From Convolutriloba macropyga (lineage: Eukaryota): a stretch of 64,000 bases of DNA. The stretch spans positions 27,156,001 through 27,220,000 of the forward strand of contig NC_134480.1 in the NCBI RefSeq assembly GCF_964194025.1, given 5' to 3'. Below the pieces are notes generated by a model. The model saw only the letters and a list, made by a program, of their open reading frames with translations, ran no database searches and had not been told where the DNA came from. Shown here in pieces: positions 1 through 12,807 of the stretch. The position numbers were made by a program, and so were the translations under genes. The first letter of the stretch is position 1, and each line of letters begins with the position of its first letter.

Positions 1-234
1 TGCAACCGAGTTTAGTGTAATTTATTATTCTATTTTATTATTTGAATAATGCATTGTTTTATACTTAAAAGTGAAATCCAGTGGTTTTCGAAATAATTGT
101 CAATTGAGGGAATTGAATTCTTTTTGGCCTCTAATAGTCCTTTTATTCTTTTTTGGCGTCTAATTTGCCTCCATAAATGCGAGAAGGTACAACTGAGGGA
201 ATAAAAATTGCCAGCGAAAGAAGTTAAACCATCA

Positions 235-657
235 TTTTTACTGCAGTGTTGAGGTATCATTAGCCTGCAACTGAAGCGAAAATTAAAAAAAACGTGCGAA
301 TTGAAAACCATATTCACAACTCGAAAACTAGGTTCTTGCCAATCATCCCTGAAATCTAGTTTTGATATCGATCTGAAGTCTCAAGTGGTCTAAGAACTCA
401 TTTGTTGTCGATGCAGTTCCACCTATGTCGGACAAACGTTTCGACAATTGGCCACGAGAATTACTGAGCTTCAAGGAACCAATTCGCCGGTGGGACAACA
501 TGTGGTGGAATGCAGTGGGGCCATAACGACCTTTAATTATAAAATAATTTATCAGTGCCAGGAGAGCGAAAAACTTATGACCATAAAAGTTCTACACATT
601 AGTAGACGCAAGCCACAACTGAAAAAAGGGGGACGAGTGCAAAAGTTAGGGAACTAA
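235..657 (+). mobile_element. Decayed Penelope-like retroelement 3' fragment (linker + GIY-YIG endonuclease)
   Basis: Manual translation gives IFTTRKLGSCQSSLKSSFDIDLKSQVV*ELICCRCSSTYVGQTFRQLATRITEL, matching the Penelope GIY-YIG pattern VVY-x3-C-x2-C-x3-YVGQT-x-R-x-L-x2-R-x2-EH, with an in-frame stop and H->L loss. Confidence 0.8.
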
Positions 658-2954
658 CACTGAAATATTAAATGCAGAATGCATGTTTTCTCCGGCAATT
701 TTCGAATTGCCATGCAAGCAAAGTTATATGCTGAAACAAAATAAAAACCTCCTATTAAAAACTCATACAGAAAGAAGACTCATATTAAATTTTTTTAAGT
801 TTTTTAGACATTTTTACAAACTTTAAGGTTGAAATCTGAAAAAAGTTAGAAAAATGCGAGAATTTGAATCGATAATTAAGACACGTTGCCTTATATATGC
901 ATATCTGTAAATATTTACTTAAAAAGTTGTAAACTCCTGACGACGCAATTTATTGCAAAAACGTTTGAGTAATTTAACAATTTTATATCGACTTTCAACA
1001 TTTTTTTTAGCTCTAATAGGTGGTTTACTTCGTTTTTGGGAGCATCATACGCTAATGGCACTGAATTTTTAGCATTTTCAATGCAACACTTTTGGCGTAG
1101 GCAGAGCTGGCAATTGCCTCTAAAAAACCGCGCTTTATATACAAAATTCAATGCGCTTTATGATACACCACCCAATAAAACGGCGCAATACTTCTCCAAC
1201 ACCAATTTTTCCGAAGCTAGGTTGTTTGTGATTGTGAAACTTTTAATTTATTTCATTGCCGCTTATCATAAAACAACTGAAATAAAGCTTGACAATAACA
1301 ATTGTAAACGGAATGACACAGAGGGCTCAAGATTTAAAAAAGGGTTGTGAATTTAAGACTTTCCTACGAACGTTTTCGAACTCTGAGTTCATCGTCAGGT
1401 TATAAACAGTACAAAATGCCTAAATGAAAAGCCAGAAAATAAAATGCAAATCACTAAAATCAATCATTCAAGGAAATTTAAATACACGAATTTTTTACAT
1501 ATCTACAATCATATCTACAAAATATTTACATCTGAGTAAAAATACCTTTTCGATTTGATAATGCAGATGCATATCGACATGTTTTTTTACAACAAACCTA
1601 CATATATTGCTTTAAACTTACTATGGTTTTGTTCAATTATAAAGTTCAAATTTTCGTTTCTTAACGTGTCTTTCAAGTTGGATTTTCATCTCCAAGCTGA
1701 GCTTTCAGTGTCAATTCTCGTGTTCGGTATTCGTCACGCGTGTTGATGGCTGGTTTCAATGTTCTTAGATAGAGCGCCTCTAGTGTCATTAACTTAGATT
1801 GGTTGATGCATTGGTCTAAAAAGGCTCAAAAGATTGGTCTAAAAGATTGGTTGCTACAAAGGGCTCACCCTATAATCTGTCAATTTTACTTCCGATTCCC
1901 GACAAAAAATAAGACAAGCAAAGAGAGACTTGAACGCCTCAAGCTACTACCGCTGTCGTTCTAATTCAAGTTACATGACCTTCTCTTCCTCCTCGATATA
2001 CTCACGAACAAATACGACTACGACTTTTCTGAACAAAGGCGAGGGACTATAACAATGACGAGACAAGGCACAAAAAACGAATTCGTAGTTAAAAAAGACT
2101 AAAGAAAGCAGATTCCAACTTCTTTGACCTCACACTACACTTGTTGAACATTTTGCGGCGTACTCTACTATCCAACGCAGACAATATCAAAAAGAAAACT
2201 CACAGACATATATTGGCGAATGTTTCTACAGTACAATGAAAATAATTCGTGCTCATGGCGCATTTTATGCCTCTGTGGAAATTGCAGCCAAATGTCTAAA
2301 CTCAAACTCTAGTAATCAAAACTCGTGCTGAATTTGAACTTGTTGGGTGAATAACCCGTTGAAGTGTACCCAGAAGCCTGATTTACTACTACTACTGCTA
2401 CTACTTCTAAAAATTTGCAGTATGGAATTTTTCTCTAGTTCGAGGTTTCCGACGGAGAATGTTGTTGCAATTTTCTCCAATTATTGGGCAATTAATTGGG
2501 TCGTTCCAATCAATTATTGCAATTAAATTACAGTCAACAATCAATTATTGCAGTCAATTTATTGCCAATCATTGCAATTCCAATTAATTTTTCTACGTCC
2601 CTGACGACCAGTAAAGATCCACAATTTTTTTATTTGAGCTATCATATTAGTGATTCACTGGTAAGGAAAGTTTATTTGATCTGAAAGAGTGCTGACCGAC
2701 CATTTTTGTCTCCATCTTCAAGTAGACGCTTGATGAAATGGCGATTCCACCCTTTGCCGAGACAATTGCTCACTAAGACCATCTCAGGCTTTGTTATATG
2801 TCCCGTATCTGTGTGGTCAAAAATTTTGAAGCATTCGCACATCTCAATTAATTTGTCCTTTCCTAAAACATCGACTTAAATAGGTGTCTTGAAAAAACGT
2901 TGAATTTTGTTTGATGAAGTTCAGTCATTTCGTTGCGCCTTCACAGTTAATTAT

Positions 2955-3106
2955 TTGGATCTTTTCCGTTTGTGCCCCACCCAGCTTAGTGGGCGCATAT
3001 TATTTGCACCCCCAGACGCACGTGCAATATTTTTTCATAATGATTTACTATGTAATTACACGTGCTCTGTAACTGGGGAGGGGGGGCACAAACGGAAAAG
3101 ATCCAA
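2955..3106. mobile_element. MITE, ~150 bp, with 24-bp perfect terminal inverted repeats
   Basis: ttggatcttttccgtttgtgcccc (2955-2978) is the exact reverse complement of ggggcacaaacggaaaagatccaa (3083-3106). The internal sequence and right TIR recur at 40901-41001. Confidence 0.8.
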
Positions 3107-4399
3107 TGTCAAATTGTTCTTGTATATGTCTGGAATAACTGACCCCTCAGCATACTGGATATAAAAATTCCACAACCCAGTTTTAACTGAATTTTTTTTA
3201 ATAGTGAGGAGCTCGAGCTCATAAACGGCATCGGTGATAATGTATGCAGAATACTTTTCGCAATTTGAAATTATTAAATCTCAACTGAGAACGAGACTAA
3301 CCAAAGTCAGAAATGTAGCGCTGACAATCTTTGACTGGAACTCCCCACTCACTGAGATCTTTTGACACCGATTCCCACTTTCGAGCTCTGATTTCCTTGT
3401 ATTTAGAAACAGCACCAGGAACTTCCTTTTCCATGTTTGGTTGAAAAGGAAACAATAAATATAAACATTTTATAATTAATCTTATTTATCTTTGAGGTCG
3501 CCAAGCTAAGTATACTTAAACCTATGCCATCAGTCAATGTGGTTCACTTTTTGCTTTTTTGTTGGTCGCATCTGGAAGTCTCGTGCTTCCTGGGGCGCCA
3601 TTGTTTCACATTTTTGTTTGATGCTTTTTTATTCCTAATCCCACCCGATCTATCCATGACTGGCAGCAATTGTTTGAAATGGATTTAGTTTGCCTAATAC
3701 GATTGGTTTAAGATAAGGCATAGTTTGTTCACGTGCACGGCACATTGTTTTGATTGAGGATCTTGTGAATAATTGATAACAAAACATCATAAAAGCATTC
3801 CCTCCTCTTTGGTCGATATGCGGAATTGGTGTCATTTGCTTCAAAACAACTGAATAAATTGTAATATGATAGTACGCAGTTAAAAGTTCATTTTCCTTGT
3901 TCATAGGGTGCAGCACTGATAATTGAAAAGCCTGTAAATGTTAGCGATTGCATAATTCGCATAATCTAGTAATTCTTGGTGGATTTGAAGCCTTTGAACT
4001 GAATTTTAAGCCCTGCTTTGAAGAAGCTGCTCATTGAGCGCAAGATTAAAAAATTTTGTATTGCTGAACTGAATGCGCGTCGAATGCTTTTTATTCAGGG
4101 ATTAAATTAATCACTTGTTCATCGCATTTAGCTCATCTTCAAAGATCCATGTTCGGTGGAAGTGAAGTACCCACATGTCAGATATATGGCTCTTGTAATT
4201 TAATTGTTTTTGACCAAATCAGGGATACCGCAAAAGTGACTATCTGTTCCTGTAAAAGTATAATTTAAAACTAGGCAGACAAAATTTTCGCAGTGAGCAA
4301 TTCCGCTTTTAGGAAAACAATTGTTTCTAGAGGACAATTGTTCATTTTTTCTTGTGTTTCTTCTAAATTAGATCCACGGTTATAAAAGGGAGTATGATC

Positions 4400-5400
4400 C
4401 AGTCGACCAAGAGAACAGTGAGCCCCGACTATGAACCATCACTGCAGCGTATATAAATTTACCGCAAAAATACATTGTCTAAGAGCCGCACTGAATTAAT
4501 ACTACACTAAAGTGCCCAGCTTCCCCTCCCGCACAACAACACTACAGGTATTATCAACCTCGGTTACATATTGCGTGTAGCAGATGGCCTTGCGCTCCTC
4601 ATGTAAAAAGCACTAGAGGAACAAAACTACTTTTTTCCTTTTCCAATGTGTTGATATTCTGGATTTTAATTGCCTCGCGATATTTGCAAGCTTCCTTGAC
4701 TTCTTGGTGTGACTCCATCGACGGATTAAGATTCTCCCCTAGACGAAAGTTCTGATGTATCTAGACGACCCCCTCCCGCAAGCCACTTGCTGTGATGTCA
4801 CGCCGGGCGTTGTCATCAATGCTAATGGATTTGTTGTAAAAGATGTCGCCTTCTAGCAACCCTAGTGAATCCAATAGCATGCGACCTGCATTCTATTTCC
4901 AAAGGTGTCTCTAATTTAGTTTTATCTCATGTGAGTATAACTTGCCTTTGCATAGTGGAAAGCGTTGGTTATTGTGAAATTTTACCCGCAAGCACAGTCG
5001 ATAGATAATTTGATGCTTCAAGATTGTACCAAATGCACAAACTCACCGATATCCGATTTCGTCATTGTGAAGCCAAAGCGTTTCAGTGGCGTTGCAGTGA
5101 GCCAGTTCAGGGCTCGCTTTTTCTGATGAGCCAGTATAACTTGCCTTTGCATAGTGGAAAGCGTTGGTTATTGTGAAATTTTACCCGCAAGCACAGTCGA
5201 TAGATAATTTGATGCTTCAAGATTGTACCAAATGCACAAACTGTCACCGATATCCGATTTCGTCATTGTGAAGCCAAAGCGTTTCAGTGGCGTTGCAGTG
5301 AGCCAGTTCAGGGCTCGCATTTTCTGATGTCAATACGACAACTTGACGTTTGTCATGAGTTAATGTTCAGAGTATCTCCTTTTGTCCTCGTTTCGTTTGT
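4400..5400 (-). mobile_element. Decayed CRE-like (RLE-type) non-LTR retrotransposon, C-terminal zinc-knuckle/RLE region
   Basis: The minus strand reads ALNWLTATPLKRFGFTMTKSDIGDSLCIWY (cf. GASSWLTALPL..GF.L.K.EFRDALCLRY), a degenerate CxCG..F...HA knuckle, ARRDITASGL (cf. ARLDI.A.GFW) and EKSSFVPLV (cf. EH.SFTPLV). Multiple stops and frameshifts. Confidence 0.7.
4934..5329. repeat. 199-bp near-perfect tandem duplication (2 copies) inside the CRE-like remnant
   Basis: agtataacttgcctttgcatagtggaaagcg... starts at 4934 and again at 5133. The copies differ by a 2-bp indel and about one substitution. Confidence 0.95.
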
Positions 5401-6539
5401 TTTCGTTAATCATATCACTAACAGAGCCAGGTACAACTCGATACCAAACGACTCGTAACTTAATCTGTCAACAACCAAAACTCAGGAAATGTGAATCCGA
5501 CTATTGGTATAGGGCCTGCCACCTTGCGAACACCTTCAACGAGTTCTTCAAATATGATATCCTATTTCATGAAAACCACAAAGCCAAACTTCTCGGTCAA
5601 TATTTTGTCCACTTCAGGCTGCGTTACGATGAAAACAACACGTGCTCTTGGCGAATTCTGTGTGGGTGCAACAACTGCAAGAACGTGAAAAAACTGAATT
5701 TCACAGAGTTATCATTTTGAGTTATCTAATAAACTGAACGACACAAACTGGGGTTAATGTATAACCCTTGGATTTTTTCCTAAATTCTGTTCTATTATTA
5801 TTATCCACTATGAGTTGGACGTTCGTGAGATCGTCACTACCAGGAGGCTCGATATCAGCGAAAGATGGAGTGTTGTGGTATCCCATTAACTCACTGATGT
5901 TTAGTGCACCCTCACGGGTGGATAATAAATGCAACCGACGTCGGTAAATGGCGAGTCACTGAACGATGGTAGAAAAATCTTTGAATTACTTTTCTGCGCC
6001 TTAGAAAAGTTTCCGAGCGTTAAACGTTTTTTGGTTGATAAACCTGTTTTTGCTGAGAACTTCTCGTGGACCACGAGTAAGCCTTTTGTAGTGTTGTTTT
6101 TGCAACTTTTCCAAGTTATACATGCAGATTTTAAAAGTTTGCCTGTCGTTATCTGATCCCAGAGCAAGCAGCCGTACACAACATTGGCACCAGTTCGACT
6201 GAAATTTTCACGAGCCCGGGTTTTTGCATGGTCCTTTGGAATCAGTTGGCGCTTTAACTATGTTTTAGGAATGCGTTTCTTTATCGGATAGATCTGAGTA
6301 GTACTTCATTAAGTTCTTCAGCTTTCCTTCCGCTCTGCCGTAGTCTTAACCATTTTTGACATGCGTCCGAGTTGCGCATGTGGTAAATCAATGGGATAAG
6401 GGCTACACTTTTCCTTGTCATAGCAAAAGGATTTTTCTGGGTGGTGTCTTTGTGGGACTGTAAGCAAGTGCGGATAACTTACCGGTCGGATGCGGGTGTT
6501 TTTCGTTTTTGAGCCACACAGCTTTATGCAGCACAAATT

Positions 6540-7600
6540 TTTTAGTTGCTAGAGTTAATTGTCTGTTCAGGCAATTGAATGCATTTTAGAGTCTATTAGG
6601 GGTACTGCTTCATTGTCTGGAGCATCATATGTATCGCATTGATTGGATAGCTTTTTGAATCCTTAATGTTGACTGCAAGAGAAGGCAAATCTTTTTTAGT
6701 GCGCTCTATGATACACTTCCTAATAATGCGGAGCAAATGATACACTTCCTATTAATGCGGAGCAAGACTTCTCCAACGCCATTGGCTACAACGCCGGGGT
6801 TTTCGTTGAGTGGCATGAGGCGATATGCGTTTTATGCCCACAAATGTTCAAAAGAAATTTTAACGCTGACTATCCTGTTGGTAGTTTTGATTAAGGCTAT
6901 CGCAATATTGGATGGATTCTCTTTAAAGCAAGTCAGAATTCTTTTCCAATTGTTGAAGTCTTCGATGACGTCATGGCATTTTTTGCTCCTGCTTTTGATG
7001 TAGGAACAGCAGGAATATATGTATCCTTAATTTAATGACGTACTTGACGTGTGTCCGTTAAATTACAGTAGTTGAAACAGAAGCTAGCATCAACTCTCCG
7101 TTAATACTATTATTTTACGTCAATTTCATCGGTATTGGTTATTATATCAACTGTTTATTAATTAGTTTCCCCTTTCCCTTGTTTTAATCCATCAGCAAGT
7201 CGATTCCTTGATACGAAGTTGTACTACTTTGTGAGTAGTTGAGACTTTGCTGCAACTCTCTCCTGAATACAAGAAATGTCCAGACAGACTTCTATGATGG
7301 AGGAACAGATAGATCTACACTCAACACTTGCTAAGTTATTTTGGACTTACTAAGTTGCCTTGCCATGCAATACGCAGCGATATTTTTGTCACAATTTTTC
7401 AGCATATTTTTTTAACGAAACCGAAAAGATATGCAATGTATTGTTGTTCAGTTATTTGATGCCCCAGCGAAGTGTTTTGTACTGGCATGGGAATTAAAGC
7501 TGATACAGTTGAAATACAGTATATAGTCCAGCTGACCTAAGTTTGCTTCCCACTCTATAATATGACCAATTATAGTTGACAGTTTGCAGCCCTGTAACGG
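6540..7600 (-). mobile_element. Decayed CRE-like retrotransposon, N-terminal half of the reverse transcriptase
   Basis: Minus strand 7000->6540 reads WKRILTCFK...AYRLMPLNENPGVVANGVGEVLLRI (cf. ACRLIPLDKNPGVRPIGVGEVLRRI), then AIQSMR...DNEAV.LIDS..AFNCLNRQ (cf. EAAIHAMR...EAVLLVDASNAFNSLNR). Similarity above ~7050 is weaker. Contains a 29-bp tandem duplication at ~6708-6766. Confidence 0.7.
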
Positions 7601-8363
7601 GATTGCTTCTTTGACTGCGCAGACTATGGTTACTGGAAAAACATGCGCTATTTTGTGCTCACTAAAAAGAAAGGAGCCAGATTCCAAAGGGCAATTTTAA
7701 TCAATTGTCAATTCTTTTGCAGCCTGTGGTTCGAAGCAAGTCATCCCTCTCAGATTTGCCCTAGGGTCATTATTTTGTAACAATAAATGGCAAATTTAAT
7801 TAGCAGATTTCTTTTTTGTAAATGCGAGCATTCAGTGTCAGTTTTTATTTTGATTTTTTCTCTTTGTGTATCTTTTTTTTGTGCACAAATGTGGCACAAT
7901 TCATGTTGTTGTTATAAAATTTAACCTTTCAAGATTTCCATTATACTAGTCTAATTTTCGATGCGAGACTTATTTGAACATCGTGCCAATTGATAAATTT
8001 TGTACAATGCATGATCAAACGTGTATTTAAGAAAATTGCTCTTTGCTGAACTTTGGTTTAGCTTGATCGTACATATTAGCTTTATCTTACATATCGTACA
8101 TAATTTAACAGTCATTCAGTAGATTTAAATAGAACACAGTCTAATTACTTGCTGTCAAATTTGAATCTTGAATCAACATAAAATTGTTCACATGAACATT
8201 CTCTGAATTAGGGTTTAATTTCTGCATTCTTGAATTAGAGTTGCGTTTTCCACATTGTTTTGTCGAGTTTCTAAACCTACTATTTATCAACTGAAACCAA
8301 GAAATCAATTATTTAATTGCTTAAAAGTGCAAATTTTTATCTGAGCTGTAAAAATTTATTACG

Positions 8364-8654
8364 ATGAGCTCGAAAATGTTTCGTGTTGTTGTTGCTGGAG
8401 GCGGCTCTGCTGGCCTGACCATGGCTAACAGGTTATCTCGAATATTGGGTGCATCGAACGTGGCGTTAATTGAACCCAAAGACGAGCATTATTATCAGCC
8501 ATTATGGACATTGGTTGGCGGAGGGTTGAAGAGAATGGAACAATCTGAGAAACCCATGAAAGATTTTGTCTCTAAAAATGTTCACTGGGAGAAAGAATTT
8601 GTTGAGGCGTTTGACCCGGATAATAACAAAGTTGTACTTCGAAACGGAATTAGT
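8364..8654 (+). CDS. SQOR: Sulfide:quinone oxidoreductase, coding exon 1 (97 aa; FAD Rossmann fold)
   Basis: MSSKMFRVVVAGGGSAG...HYYQPLWTLVGGG matches the eukaryotic SQOR N-terminal FAD domain. Phase-0 donor GTAGGT at 8655. Confidence 0.93.
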
Positions 8655-9559
8655 GTAGGTTTCATGGTTTTTGTTCTGGCACTGCTTTGGTAAATGCATG
8701 TACACGATTGCTCATCCTTAAGTGACAGTTAGCTGCAGTTACATTCAAATAACAATAATGAATTGACAAGAGGGAATTTTTCTAAAGGGCTGAAAAATCT
8801 TCAGTTATTTTAGAACGTTAAGGAATCTGACCATAGGTTTTCTTTCATTATTTAAACGTCTGCATTCTCCTGGAATGTCAAGTTTTACCAACTTTGAATT
8901 GAATTATTTTGTCCAATTGTTTCACCGCCATCATTTCGATTTAGTTACTTTCGCTGATTATAGAAGTAAATAGAAAGTATAGAAAGCAAACAAGTATTCC
9001 AAGAAAACACCGCATGCTTTTTCAGGGATTCTTTTCTCTAGTTTTCTGTAGATTGCACATCTCAATCTTTTTACCACCAGATTATTGTGATAAAATAGTT
9101 GGCTCAAGTCTGCTTCCATCATTCTTGAGTTTTTTATGAGGCACAAAGTATTATCTCAAAAAGAACAATACAAGAGCCATAAAAGTTGGCGCTCATAGCT
9201 TGAACTTTTATCCCCTTTGGCTCTAGACTGACACTTGCTAAAAAAATATGCTGATTAATTGCTCCAAACAAAGTTTGTAATAGTAATTTTAAGCGTGTTG
9301 TTTTTATGCGATTTTCCATATGACCAATTTTTGTCTGATCATCAATTTTCTTGACTTTACGTCTTGAGCAACGTCGTCAATTGTTAAAGCGCTAGAGCTT
9401 TAAGTCAACAACAATTCTCTAAAGCTTCAATGTTTTCAAAGAATCATTAAGTTTTGTAGCAGAATCAATTGTGAATGCAACTGAGTTAAACGCTGAAGAA
9501 CACAAATCGCACGTCCATAGAACAAGCCAGAAATTTATGCAAAAAATGGATGCACATCA

Positions 9560-10310
9560 ATGTCAGCTATACCTTTAACTGACAGAAAAACCAACCAAAT
9601 CTGAAAGGCGGATAGAATTAAACTTAAAAAGTGGTAATTCTTGCTGGCTGACAGCAAAAACGCTATGGGCTTCAAGAACGCTATGTAAACAAATTTTTCA
9701 ACAAAATGTGATAAATTTGGCGAAGAGTTCAATGTTCAGCATGTGATCATTTGTAAAAAGGTGGCCGCACTACGCAAAGGCGTAATGGAACAAGAGATGA
9801 GTTCGGGGAAATGGCTAGCGTGGCATTGCCCTACATTCAAAATGAACAAGTCATCAGAGAGCACTCAGAGAATAAGCCAGATCTAAGAGCCAATCTATTA
9901 TTCAGTGGAGTATGGAGTCCTCAAGAAAATGCCTTGAGTTTCTTGAGGGCTCCGTATCCCTGTCAATGACAGTGAGGCAAAATTTTGCTGCAGAAATCCG
10001 AGAGACTATTAAAGATCTGCGCTGATGAAAAAAGAAATATTTTGATACATGTTAGGAGAAACAGATCTCGTTTACTCCACTTGTGTTGAGCGTTGACGGC
10101 ATGATGGTCCGAGAAAGCACAATCTTCTTAAAAAGACTTGCAGATAGATTATCGTCAAAATGCGAAAAACCGTGTGCCAAAAAATTTGAGCTGAGTCAAA
10201 ACACGTTGTTTTGCCATCCTGAGAGCATCAAACTTTTGTATAAGAGGTATGAGATGCCTAAGGCAATCATTCCAGTTCGAAGATGGCGAATTTTTGAAGA
10301 ATGACTACTA
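9560..10310 (+). mobile_element. Decayed CRE-like retrotransposon C-terminal fragment in SQOR intron 1
   Basis: SGNSCWLT (cf. GASSWLT), CDKFGEEFNVQHVIICKK (CCHC-like knuckle) and FTPLVLSVDGMMVRESTIFLKRLADRLSSK (typical end of the RLE domain in CRE-clade elements). Confidence 0.7.
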
Positions 10311-11239
10311 ATTTCACCAGAAGCTACCTTGATATTTTACTGCCCAACGAGGGGGGGGGGGGGGTAGCGCACAACAATAATAATAAATTGTCCAAAAAGT
10401 GAGATATATAGAAGCCGATTAAATTGAGTGATATCGCAGAATGATTGCTTACAACTGTTATGTTTCCAATGGATTGGGACGTTGTATATTAATTGTTTCT
10501 TCTCGACTCACCCAATGAGAGGGGAGTTGAACAAATTGCCTTTGTAAACGAAAAAAGAAGAAAGCAATTGGTGAATTTAAAGAACATGAGGGGGACGTCA
10601 AACTCAATTAGCAGACTGTTGATTTAAATTAGAACCATGTCAGCAGTAAATGCTATATGTTTTTTCAGAGTTAATTAATCTGTTATTAAGTTCTGGTTCT
10701 CTATAGCTTTACACACTGTAGAGGAGCCTAGTTCGTCGCGAATGGCAACTCTTGGGTTTTTGGACTCCAATACACACCCCCGCACAAACTCACTTGCTGA
10801 GTCTACATCTTTTTCCTCAATTTTTAAAGTATTTAATGCACCTCTCGTTATTGGGCGAGTCAAAGCAGCCAGTTGTTCATCGATTTATGGATTAAACCGC
10901 CCCGTTCTTTGGGTGACAATTATTAATTTAACTTAGGTTTTTTCATTATCAATAATTCATTTTAGCAAATCTGTTCGACGCAATCGTGGTTGATTAAAAA
11001 TGTTCTAAACCGTTAATCGACTACTCTAATAAGAAGTGCAATTTGATGGAGCTCCCCTCTCGTTGAGTGGAAAGAGTTGTTCATAGATAAAAACATCATC
11101 GCCTAACTCCGCACTCATTAGACGGGTAGAGTATTGCGGATATTTATCACCTCTCGTTGTGCGACAGAGTAATTGAGACGCCTCATCTGTTTGCTTGCGC
11201 AATGATCTCCAAGCAACAGGCAGCTCTGTACTCATATCG

Positions 11240-11560
11240 TAACAGCTCTTGCTATTATTTGTTAGTGGTCTTAAAACTAACCCTCTTGCTACTCCACTGG
11301 TGACCTGTAAGACTTTCTTGTTGTCTCTTACCATGAACTCTTTTCTGTTCTGTTTATTCAGTTAAAAGCTGTGATTGCAAATTTCTCTGCGTAATTGATC
11401 GCAAGTGAAAAATAGAAGTGATGTAGTCCTGTTCATCTAATGTTCTCTATAGCACCTAGTTTGAAGTATTTTTTGCATGATTGCCTGGATAAAATTTAAT
11501 GACAATTGACTTTCCCCTTAATGTTTTTCCGTAAGCGTTGCTTGGTCTATAATTACTCTT
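11240..11560 (-). mobile_element. Highly decayed LINE reverse-transcriptase fragment
   Basis: KVLQVTSGVARGLVLRPL resembles the RT motif VTSGVPQGSVLGPL. Flanking similarity is weak. Confidence 0.45.
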
Positions 11561-11893
11561 TCTTTTTTGTTGTTTTCAGTTTTTGGGCTCGTAGTCTTTT
11601 CACTACTTTGCTATTTTTTCTACTTTGACGAGCCATTGTCGTTGTCTTCGGACTGAAATATACGAGCCTTTTTTATTTAGATTAAATTGTTTGACGTGCG
11701 AGTATGCTCTATAGGACAAAGATTAATGGTGACATTTAACGCAGTTCAAAAATATAATGGTGACCGAGGATGAGCTTTTTTGTGTAGAGAGATAGCTAAA
11801 TATTGGGAAAACACTTTTTTATTAAGACCCAACTCGGAACGTATGTACTTTGGAAACAGAACAGGTCCAATTACTCAAGGTCAGTTTTTTCAG

Positions 11894-12334
11894 CTCAATT
11901 ATGAATACCTCATCATTGCTTTGGGTATCACTCCGGACTATCAGCGAGTGCCCGGACTGCTGGAAGGACTTGAAAATGCGCCTAATGTGTGCACAAACTA
12001 CGATGCCAAATATGTGACCAAAACTTTTCCAGCTATCCAGAACACCTCAAAAGGGACTGCACTTTTTACACATCCGGATACCCCAATCAAATGCGCAGGT
12101 GCTCCTCAGAAGATTCTGTATTTGGCCGAAGATGCGATTAGAAAACGAGGAGTTAGAAGTGAAGTTGAGGTCGCTTTTACCCATCCTGGTGGGGTTATTT
12201 TTGGGGTGCAGAAATATGCAGAGCAGTTAGAAAAAGTTGTGAACAAAAGAGGAATCAAGACGTATTTTCACCATGCACTGAAAGAACTGGATTATGCGAG
12301 TAACACTGCAATCTTTCACAATTTAAAGGATCCA
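11894..12334 (+). CDS. SQOR: Sulfide:quinone oxidoreductase, coding exon 2 (147 aa; first catalytic Cys)
   Basis: Acceptor tttttcAG ends at 11893. Reads LNYEYLIIALG...PIKCAGAPQK (catalytic Cys motif). Phase-0 donor GTAAGT at 12335. Confidence 0.95.
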
Positions 12335-12807
12335 GTAAGTTAATGGTAATTGTATTTTAATTGGGTCAGTTAATTGAGCAATATCCTTAAAGCCTTTAGT
12401 GTAAGTTACTTCTGACGTAGGGAATAAATAATTTTTAAATTTTCACATGAATTGATATCGTAGAAATAATTTTAACAAGTGGAAGTTAATTTAGATGATT
12501 TTAATTGATGAGTTGTTTAAAATCCATTTAAGTGTGCTTATTAGGGCAAGTGTATTGAATGTAATCCAAACATGAAGCATGTCTAGTCCAATTAATTCAT
12601 TTCTGATTTTAGATGATTAATACTTGGAGAAAGATAATCTGTCTTTCGGTACGAAAGCAAGTCTGAAAGTTTTCATGAAATTTCCATAGTTTTCTTCTCG
12701 TTCCATGTAATGTCTTTTTGATGCCTTGTTCTTATATTTCCTATGGGATCACGAATTTTACGTTTTGTGCAGATTTTGTTAAACTAGTTTAACGGCTATT
12801 TTGATAG

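Noticed and set aside
3380-4250. Possible DNA-transposase remnant on the minus strand (LTDG... FSTKHGKG)
   Set aside because: Only two short motif-like matches in broken frames, which is too little without a profile search.
11780-11893. N-terminal extension of the 11780-12343 ORF as SQOR coding sequence
   Set aside because: It lies upstream of the clear acceptor at 11893 and has no SQOR similarity, so it is intronic read-through.
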